Below, one piece after another: positions 8,313 to 14,913 of a stretch of DNA of 21,926 bases. Both the position numbers and the translations under genes were made by a program. Source of the stretch: Hormoscilla sp. (lineage in GTDB: Bacteria; Cyanobacteriota; Cyanobacteriia; Cyanobacteriales; Desertifilaceae). Under the pieces are notes generated by a model. The model worked only from the letters and a program-made list of their open reading frames with translations, made no database searches and was not told the origin of the DNA. The stretch spans positions 1 to 21,926 of the forward strand of contig JBFRWI010000184.1 in NCBI GenBank assembly GCA_051439505.1, given 5' to 3'. Every line of letters begins with the position of its first letter. Within the stretch, counting starts at the first letter, position 1.

Positions 8313-8528
8313 TTATGTCAACTTCTTTTGCTTGTATTCTTCTAGCAGGCGTTGGCCTCGGTTCCGGCGATAGACATTGAGGATATTATTGCGATTTTCC
8401 GCTTCCACTTGGGCGATCAATTCATCCAAAGCCATAATTTGCGCGTCAAACATATAGCAAACGTCCCGCAGGCGGGCAACGGATTTTGCTCTTGTTTCAG
8501 CATCAGGTATCCTTGGTTGGTTGTTCAT
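8313..8528 (-). CDS. Small hypothetical protein (71 aa, helical, basic C-terminus)
   Basis: ATG overlaps the stop of the upstream gene (ATGA), suggesting translational coupling. Confidence 0.65.
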   Translation of the reverse strand: MNNQPRIPDAETRAKSVARLRDVCYMFDAQIMALDELIAQVEAENRNNILNVYRRNRGQRLLEEYKQKKLT

Positions 8529-8869
8529 GATAAATTCCAGTTTCTTTTAACGTCTTGAATGCTTGCGTATCCAGCATCAACGCCAGCTTCTGCTTCTGCG
8601 ATCGATCGGGCTAGTAAGTTCATTGTAGCAGCAGTGGCGACGGGTTGGGATTCGGCGCTCTGCCATAGAAGTCTGTAAAGGCGCGAGGAGTAACCGATCG
8701 CGCGTTCTCTGATGTTATCCAGTTCTTCGAGTTCGGGAATTGTCTCCTCTGTCTCGCCAAACTGTTCCAGCATGACGAAAACTGTTGCTGAGGCTTCGTG
8801 ACCCAGTTGCAGCAGTCGCCGCTGTAAGCTGAAAACATTGTTTATGGTGTCTTCTGGTAAGTTTGCCAT
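8525..8869 (-). CDS. Hypothetical protein (114 aa, acidic, helical)
   Basis: ATG start with AAGGA upstream, protein-like composition; coupled to 8313..8528. Confidence 0.7.
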   Translation of the reverse strand: MANLPEDTINNVFSLQRRLLQLGHEASATVFVMLEQFGETEETIPELEELDNIRERAIGYSSRLYRLLWQSAESQPVATAATMNLLARSIAEAEAGVDAGYASIQDVKRNWNLS

Positions 8870-8962
8870 CTGCTTGATTGATATTCCTTATAAATTATAC
8901 CATAGGGGAGCATTCTATTTTTGCAAAAATGTATGTATTCGTGAATAACACTCTCAATAAGC

Positions 8963-9120
8963 TGTCATTGCGAGGGGGGAGATCGAACCAACATTTTTCT
9001 GAGCACAACCAGTAGACCCCCGAAGCAATCTCATAGGCTGTTGGGAGGCTGGAGATTGCTTCGGGGGGGTAAACTCATAGCAGTACAAGGAGAATTACTA
9101 GCGCCCCCCTCGCAATGACA
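8963..9120. repeat. Cruciform palindromic element, copy 2
   Basis: TGTCATTGCGA-G6 / 37 nt / C5-GAAGCAATCTC / 19 nt / GAGATTGCTTC-G7 / 34 nt / C6-TCGCAATGACA. Confidence 0.9.
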
Positions 9121-9268
9121 AATAGGATATTTTAGCTTAACGAGTGTACCATTTCCTATATTCGTAGCAACCCAACGGCTTCCCAGATCGGTTATGCTGG
9201 GTAAGGTCAAGATGGTAACCGGGAACTGGATATAGCAGTTCTCGCCCTTTGTGTGATATGCTGTTGGG

Positions 9269-9339
9269 GAGATTGCTTCGGGGGGGATAAATCATAAAGC
9301 ATAAGTTATCGCGCTTGTCCCCCCCCCTCGCAATGACAA
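9269..9339. repeat. Cruciform palindromic element, half copy 3
   Basis: GAGATTGCTTC-G7 / 32 nt / C9-TCGCAATGACAA; left half absent. Confidence 0.85.
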
Positions 9340-9358
9340 ATAGTATAAAATAGAGGGC

Positions 9359-9386
9359 TTGACATTTTGACGGCACGTGCTATGAT
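9359..9386 (+). promoter_or_regulatory. Putative sigma70-type promoter of the NTPase-TPR operon
   Basis: TTGACA (9359-9364), 16-nt spacer, TATGAT (9381-9386) preceded by TGC (extended -10); 38 nt before the ATG at 9425. Confidence 0.6.
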
Positions 9387-9424
9387 GAGAACGGGACTGC
9401 ACAAACTTAGGGAATTGTTGATTT

Positions 9425-10738
9425 ATGGAAGAATTACTGGATGACATTTACAACGCTTTTGACCCTTTCCAACCCTTACCACCTGGAGATCCTGTATATG
9501 TGGATTTAAGGGCAGTCCGGGGAGATGAGAATATCGAGGTGTTAGGGAAGAGAATTAGCCGGTCTAAACGGAGGACTTGCAACCTTTATGCGGGTCATCG
9601 GGGTGCGGGGAAATCCACGGAACTCCTCCGTTTGAAGGAATATTTGGAAAAACGGGACTTTTGGGTGGTTTATTTTGCAGCGGACGAGCAAGATATTGAC
9701 CCCGAGGATACCCAATATACTGATATTCTACTTGCCTGTACCCGCCACTTGCTAGAAGATCTCAAATATGCTAATGCTAGTCCTTTGCTGAACTGGTTGG
9801 GCGATCGCTGGCAAGAGTTGAAAGATTTGGCCCTGACTGAGATAGAATTTGAAAGTCTGGGTGTAGAGGGTCAGATCGGACTATTCGCTAAGCTAACGGC
9901 GAATTTAAGAGCTGTACCGACCCTGCGCCACCAAATTAGAAGTAAAGTCGATCCCCAAACGGTTACCCTGATGACGGCGTTGAATGAGTTTATTGGGGAG
10001 GCGAAAAAAAAGCTACCTTCAGGACGGAAAAAGTTGGCGGTGATTGTTGATAACCTAGACCGCATGGTGCCGGTTATCCAGGAAAGCGGGCGCACCAATC
10101 ACGAGGAGATTTTTATCGATCGCAGCGAACAACTGAAGGCTTTGGATTGCCATTTGATCTACACGGTGCCGATCTCAATGGTCTATTCTAGCAGGGCGAA
10201 TAGCCTCAGAGAGATCTATAGCGACCCGCAAGTTTTGCCGATGATTATGGTGCAGACTAGATCTGGCGAGATCCACCAACCGGGTTTTGAGAAGATTAAA
10301 GAGGTAATTGATAAGCGAGTTCGCCAATTTGCTCCGACTCGTTCCCTGGAAACGGACATATTTGACAGTCCCGATACCCTGGAAAAACTTTGCCTCATGA
10401 GTGGCGGTCACGTCCGGAATTTGCTATTATTGGTGCAAGCGGCGATCGACCATACCGAAAACTTGCCGATCGCGGATAAAGCGGTACGGCGATCGATTAC
10501 GGATGCGCGGGATACCTATCGGAGAACGGTTGAAGATAACCAATGGCGTCTGTTGGCAGAAGTTGCGGGTTCCAAGCAACTGCGCAATGATAATGATTAT
10601 CGGAGTTTATTGTTTACTCGCTGTATTTTAGAATATTGCTTTGAGGAAGCAGGAGAACGACTGCATTGGTATGACGTTCACCCTCTACTCAGAGGGGTGC
10701 GGGAATTTCAAGAAGCGGTGGAGCAGATGAAGTCATGA
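9425..10738 (+). CDS. P-loop NTPase (AAA/KAP/STAND-like)
   Basis: 437 aa; Walker A GHRGAGKST, Walker B LAVIVDNLDR, SGGHVRNLL helical-domain motif, C-terminal WYDVHPLL. Confidence 0.85.
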   Translation: MEELLDDIYNAFDPFQPLPPGDPVYVDLRAVRGDENIEVLGKRISRSKRRTCNLYAGHRGAGKSTELLRLKEYLEKRDFWVVYFAADEQDIDPEDTQYTDILLACTRHLLEDLKYANASPLLNWLGDRWQELKDLALTEIEFESLGVEGQIGLFAKLTANLRAVPTLRHQIRSKVDPQTVTLMTALNEFIGEAKKKLPSGRKKLAVIVDNLDRMVPVIQESGRTNHEEIFIDRSEQLKALDCHLIYTVPISMVYSSRANSLREIYSDPQVLPMIMVQTRSGEIHQPGFEKIKEVIDKRVRQFAPTRSLETDIFDSPDTLEKLCLMSGGHVRNLLLLVQAAIDHTENLPIADKAVRRSITDARDTYRRTVEDNQWRLLAEVAGSKQLRNDNDYRSLLFTRCILEYCFEEAGERLHWYDVHPLLRGVREFQEAVEQMKS

Positions 10739-12300
10739 AAGCAGCATTAACTGATTGGGACAGGGATGCACCTGTCGATCCAGAGGAAGCATATAAGGCA
10801 TTGGTTCGCTCTCTCAGGCGGAGAAGGGGGTTTGGACTGCTATTCGTTCACGGTTCGCCAGCAGAAGGTGAGCGGGTAATTGCGAGAGTAAAAAAAGATC
10901 TGCCCCAGAAAAGGATTGAGGTGTTGGAGTTGAAGCAAGGGGTTGATAACTTTTATAATCTGGTTGAGGAATTTTCCAATATAGAGAAAGTCAATATTCT
11001 GTTCGTCACGGGGATAGAATATTCACTGTACGAGTATGAAGAGGAGAAACGAGAGCAGGGATGGGAGAGTGAGGATATTTACTTCTACAGTTGGAAAGGG
11101 GTGCCGCGAATTTTGATGAACTTAAATCAACAGCGAGAACGGTTTAGAGATAATTTTAATGTCTGCTTTGTTTTTATCTTGCCGAGATTTGCTCTTGATT
11201 ATATGAATGAGAGGGCTCCGGACTTTTTCGATTGGCGATCTGGAATATTTAAGGTATATAAAAATACAGAACTACTGGCGGAGGAAGCGGATTTATTAGA
11301 TTGTATAAACTTGACTGATGCAGAGCGAGGAGTTAAAATTAGAGAAATTGCAGCCCTGCTTAAGGACAGTAGTCAAATGGTGGCGGAGGAAAAGGCTGAT
11401 TTGTTTTATCAGCAGGGTTTGCTGCTAACGAGTGCGGAGAGATATTCAGAGGCGATCGCATCTTTTGACAAAGCGATAAAAATTAAACCTGACGATCACC
11501 AATTATGGTACTATAGAGGCAATGTGCTGGGCAAGTTGGAAAGATATTCAGAGGCGATCGCATCTTTTGACAAAGCGATAACAATTAAACCGGATGACTA
11601 CTATGCCTGGAATAACCAGGGTATTGCGATGGGTAATTTGTCAAGATATTATGATGCTCTCGGAACCTACGACAAAGCCATAGAAATAAAACCGGATGAC
11701 CATAATGTATGGAACAACCGGGGCGTTGCGCTGAATGAATTGGAAAGATATGAAGAAGCGATCTTATCCTATAACAAAGCCATAGAAATAAAACCTGAGT
11801 CCCACCAGGCTTGGAACAACCGGGGTTGGGTGCTGCATGAGTTGTCAAGATATTCAGAGGCGATCACATCCTACGACAAAGCTATAGAAATAAAACCTGA
11901 TTATCACGAGGCTTGGAGCAACCGGGGCTTGGCGCTGCATGATTTGTCAAGATATTCAGAGGCGATCGCATCCTATGACAAAGCCATAGAAATCAAACCG
12001 GATTTCCACTATGCCTGGAACAACCGGGGCATTGCGCTGGGATATTTGTCAAGATATTCAGAGGCGATCGCCTCTTACGACAAAGCCATCGAAATCCAAC
12101 CTGACGACCAGTCTACATATTACAATAAAGCCTGCTGTTATGCCTTGCAGGGTGATGCTGAACTGGCTGTAAGGACTTTCCAACAGGTTCTTAATCTGGG
12201 TGGTCAGGAATACTTAGAGTATGCCAAAACAGATTCAGATTTTGACAAAATTAGGTCAAATCAGCAGTTTCAGGCGCTGCTGCAAGGACAAACTGATTGA
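10735..12300 (+). CDS. TPR protein with N-terminal alpha/beta (probable degenerate NTPase) domain, paralog 1
   Basis: 521 aa; ATGA overlap with the NTPase; about 175-aa N-domain ending RAPDFFDWRSG; about 8 TPRs with a 102-bp period; C-terminal YYNKACCYALQG...AKTDSDFDKIR cap. Confidence 0.88.
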   Translation: MKAALTDWDRDAPVDPEEAYKALVRSLRRRRGFGLLFVHGSPAEGERVIARVKKDLPQKRIEVLELKQGVDNFYNLVEEFSNIEKVNILFVTGIEYSLYEYEEEKREQGWESEDIYFYSWKGVPRILMNLNQQRERFRDNFNVCFVFILPRFALDYMNERAPDFFDWRSGIFKVYKNTELLAEEADLLDCINLTDAERGVKIREIAALLKDSSQMVAEEKADLFYQQGLLLTSAERYSEAIASFDKAIKIKPDDHQLWYYRGNVLGKLERYSEAIASFDKAITIKPDDYYAWNNQGIAMGNLSRYYDALGTYDKAIEIKPDDHNVWNNRGVALNELERYEEAILSYNKAIEIKPESHQAWNNRGWVLHELSRYSEAITSYDKAIEIKPDYHEAWSNRGLALHDLSRYSEAIASYDKAIEIKPDFHYAWNNRGIALGYLSRYSEAIASYDKAIEIQPDDQSTYYNKACCYALQGDAELAVRTFQQVLNLGGQEYLEYAKTDSDFDKIRSNQQFQALLQGQTD

Positions 12301-12312
12301 GAGGGCTGTAAG

Positions 12313-12714
12313 ATGTCAATGGTAGATGAATTTCCTATTGGAGAGACTCTGACAGAAGTCTCGATCGTGGAATACAAAGAATTTGGCGGTGATGAACTTT
12401 GTCTGGACAAGGTGCAGCTGATTTTTCCCGACAGAACTGTCATCCTGCAACCGCTAGCTGATACGGATGAGATAGAGATAATCCTGAAAAGTACAACCCT
12501 CACGTCCCTGACGAATCATCCGACATGGTGCAGTTCTCTTCTGGGGAAAAAACTCCAGACAGTATGGGTATGCGAAAACGATCAAGGTTATCAAGACCAA
12601 ATTATTTTCGCCTTCGATCGCCTGCATCCAAGTATCGCTTTCATTGCTGAAGGTTCAGTTCTCAAAGCTTTCCACTGCGAGCAAATTCTCAAATTTCCAG
12701 GATCGTCAACCTAG
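12313..12714 (+). CDS. Hypothetical protein, DUF6334-like (tentative)
   Basis: 133-aa acidic beta-rich ORF with GAGGG RBS right after the TPR stop; family assignment from memory of the WVCENDQGYQD motif, unverified. Confidence 0.65.
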   Translation: MSMVDEFPIGETLTEVSIVEYKEFGGDELCLDKVQLIFPDRTVILQPLADTDEIEIILKSTTLTSLTNHPTWCSSLLGKKLQTVWVCENDQGYQDQIIFAFDRLHPSIAFIAEGSVLKAFHCEQILKFPGSST

Positions 12715-12727
12715 AGGATCCCAAGAG

Positions 12728-12767
12728 GGCGATCGCCCAAATAATTCTGTAGCATTGGGCGATCGCC
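12728..12767. repeat. 13-bp perfect inverted repeat built on two HIP1 sites (possible terminator)
   Basis: GGCGATCGCCCAA (12728-12740) / TTGGGCGATCGCC (12755-12767). Confidence 0.7.
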
Positions 12768-12799
12768 GCAGTTTCAACAAGCAATGGAGGTTCAAAGTC

Positions 12800-14380
12800 A
12801 TGAAAGCAGCATTAACTGATTGGGATATCGATTTACCTGTAGATCCAGAAGAAGAATATAACGCCTTAGTTCGCTCCCTCAGGCGGCGAAAGGGGTTTGG
12901 ACTGTTATTCCTTCAAGGTTCCCCAGCAGAAGGCGATCGGGTAATTGGGAGAGTGAAAGGGGATCTGGCCCAGAAAAGGATTGAGGTATTGTCACTGGAT
13001 AAATCAACGGACAATCTCTACGGGATAATAGAGAGTTTACCAGAGCGAGACCAAATTAATATCATCTTTATCAAAGGGCTGGAAAATTCCTTATATGAAT
13101 ATGAACTGATGAAGGTCCAAAAAGGATGGAATAGCCGGGAGATTTACAATTATAGTTGGAAAGGTGTCCCGCCCCTTTTAAGTCACTTAAACCAACAGCG
13201 AGAAAGGTTTAGAGATAATTTCCAGATCTGCTTTGTCTTTATCGTCCCTCTGTTCGCCCTCAAATATTTGATCCACCGGGCCCCCGATTTTTACGACTGG
13301 CGATCGGGTTTGTTTCAGTTTATCCCCGATCGGGAAATGCTGGCCAGAGAATGCTCTCGCATTATCCAGGAAGAATCATATCAAAAATACAGCGAACTAA
13401 CCATGGAAGAAAGAAGAAAAAAAATAATGGAAATTCAAGAGCTCCTGGAACATCAATCTATTACCTCAAGGGAGAGAGCAGATTTACAATATGGATTGGG
13501 CAAATTACTGAGTGTGGAAAAAGAATATGAAGCAGCACTGGCGTCCTATGAAAAAGCCGTAGAAATTATACCGGAATCAGCTAGATATTGGAAAGGATGT
13601 GGCATTATCATGAGGAAGCTAGAAAGATCTCAAGAGGCAATAGATTGCTATAATAGAGCGATAGAAATAAATCCAGATTACCACAATGCCTGGAACGGAC
13701 GGGGTATTGTTTTCACTCAGTTGGGACGCTATGAAGAGGCGATCGCATCCTATGATTGTGCCCTAGAAATTAAACCAGATTATCACAAAGCCTGGTTCGG
13801 ACGGGGCAATGCGTTAAATTGGTTGGGACGCTATGAAGAGGCGATCGGGTCCTATGACCGGGCGCTAGAAAGCAAAGCCGATGATTACTATTCCTGGAAC
13901 GGACGGGGCAATGCGTTAAATCGGTTGGGACGCTATGAAGAGGCGATCGGGTGCTACAAGAAAGCCATAGAAATCAAAGCCGATGATTACTATTCCTGGA
14001 ACGGACGGGGCAATGTCCTGGGAAATTTAGGACGCTATGAAGAGGCGATCGCGTCTTATGACAAGGCCCTAGAAATCGCCGATGATTACTATTCCTGGAA
14101 CCGAAAAGGAAATTTGCTGATCACTTTGGGAAGGTATGGAGAGGCGATCGCATGTTTAGACAAAGCTATCGAAATTAAACCGGATGACTACTATGCATAT
14201 TACAACAAAGCCTGCTGTTATGCCTTGCAGGGGGATGCCGAACCGGCGATAAAGAACTTGCAACAGGCTGTTAATCTGGGTAGTAAGGAATACCTAGAGA
14301 AAGCCAAAACAGATTCAAATTTTGACAAAATTCGGTCAAATCAGCAGTTTCAGGCCCTGCTGCAAGGACAAACGGATTGA
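12800..14380 (+). CDS. TPR protein with N-terminal alpha/beta (probable degenerate NTPase) domain, paralog 2
   Basis: Start moved from 12644 to the ATG at 12800 (MKAALTDWD, identical to paralog 1; GGAGG RBS); 526 aa; same N-domain, about 8 TPRs and C-terminal cap. Confidence 0.88.
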   Translation: MKAALTDWDIDLPVDPEEEYNALVRSLRRRKGFGLLFLQGSPAEGDRVIGRVKGDLAQKRIEVLSLDKSTDNLYGIIESLPERDQINIIFIKGLENSLYEYELMKVQKGWNSREIYNYSWKGVPPLLSHLNQQRERFRDNFQICFVFIVPLFALKYLIHRAPDFYDWRSGLFQFIPDREMLARECSRIIQEESYQKYSELTMEERRKKIMEIQELLEHQSITSRERADLQYGLGKLLSVEKEYEAALASYEKAVEIIPESARYWKGCGIIMRKLERSQEAIDCYNRAIEINPDYHNAWNGRGIVFTQLGRYEEAIASYDCALEIKPDYHKAWFGRGNALNWLGRYEEAIGSYDRALESKADDYYSWNGRGNALNRLGRYEEAIGCYKKAIEIKADDYYSWNGRGNVLGNLGRYEEAIASYDKALEIADDYYSWNRKGNLLITLGRYGEAIACLDKAIEIKPDDYYAYYNKACCYALQGDAEPAIKNLQQAVNLGSKEYLEKAKTDSNFDKIRSNQQFQALLQGQTD

Positions 14381-14427
14381 GAGGGCTGTAAAATGTCAAT
14401 GGTGGTAGCAATAATTACCTCTCTTCG

Positions 14428-14466
14428 CTGTTAGCCCGCCGGGGGTTCAAACCCCCGGCTAATAGC
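14428..14466. repeat. REP-like hairpin (GCCGGGGGTT-CA-AACCCCCGGC)
   Basis: 10-bp perfect stem at 14438-14459 with TTAGCC/GGCTAA flanks, downstream of TPR paralog 2. Confidence 0.7.
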
Positions 14467-14557
14467 TAAAGGAAGGTTTTGACCGACTAATGCCATAATG
14501 CTTATTGAGAGGGCTGTAAGATGTCAATGGTGGTATATAAATTTCCTAGAAGTATTG

Positions 14558-14703
14558 GGGTGCATCTCATATTTGCAGCAATGTACTGTAGGGGCGAAGC
14601 ATTACGGAGACAATCTCTGACATAAATTGAAAAATTACCTGTCGTAATGCTAGCTGCTGCGCAGCCGCTGCGCTAGCGCCCGTGCAAAGCGTGAGATGCA
14701 CCC
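14558..14703. mobile_element. MITE-like element with 12-bp TIR GGGTGCATCTCA, copy B
   Basis: GGGTGCATCTCA (14558-14569) / TGAGATGCACCC (14692-14703); internal GTAGGGGCGAAGCATT REP; homologous to 3664-3784 in the opposite orientation. Confidence 0.8.
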
Positions 14704-14708
14704 GTAAA

Positions 14709-14753
14709 ATTTACCTGTAGATCCAGAAGCAGAAGATAATGCCTTAGTTCGCT
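14709..14753 (+). pseudogene. Remnant of the 5' end of a third TPR paralog
   Basis: 42 of 45 nt identical to 12831-12875 (LPVDPEEEYNALVR-coding segment). Confidence 0.75.
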
Positions 14754-14873
14754 ACTCTAAGCAATTGGGAAATTATTTCTTCAAAAGCAAAATGGGAAAA
14801 TTGATGGTAATATTGAAGCGATCGCATTTACAACCAGGCAATTCGGCGCGATTTAACCAGATAATGAACAAGA

Positions 14874-14913
14874 AACAATCAAGAATGAACAATCAAGAAT
14901 GAACAATCAAGAA
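14874..14913. repeat. 14-bp tandem repeat (AACAATCAAGAATG x~2.9) overlapping the MFS start codon
   Basis: Units 14874-14887, 14888-14901 and partial 14902-14913. Confidence 0.8.

Noticed and set aside
2509..9339. Cruciform elements as mini-CRISPR arrays (32-37 nt spacer-sized loops)
   Set aside because: The arms are inverted rather than direct repeats, loops of different copies are detectably homologous (20/37), and no cas genes are present
9137..9376. 79-aa minus-strand ORF
   Set aside because: It runs through the half cruciform element and the putative promoter; no recognisable domain
12644..12799. 52-aa N-terminal extension of TPR paralog 2
   Set aside because: It overlaps the upstream gene and the HIP1 hairpin; homology to paralog 1 and an RBS support the ATG at 12800
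11401..14200. Diversity-generating retroelement acting on the TPR repeats
   Set aside because: No reverse transcriptase or non-coding template repeat is in the window, and differences between units are not adenine-specific
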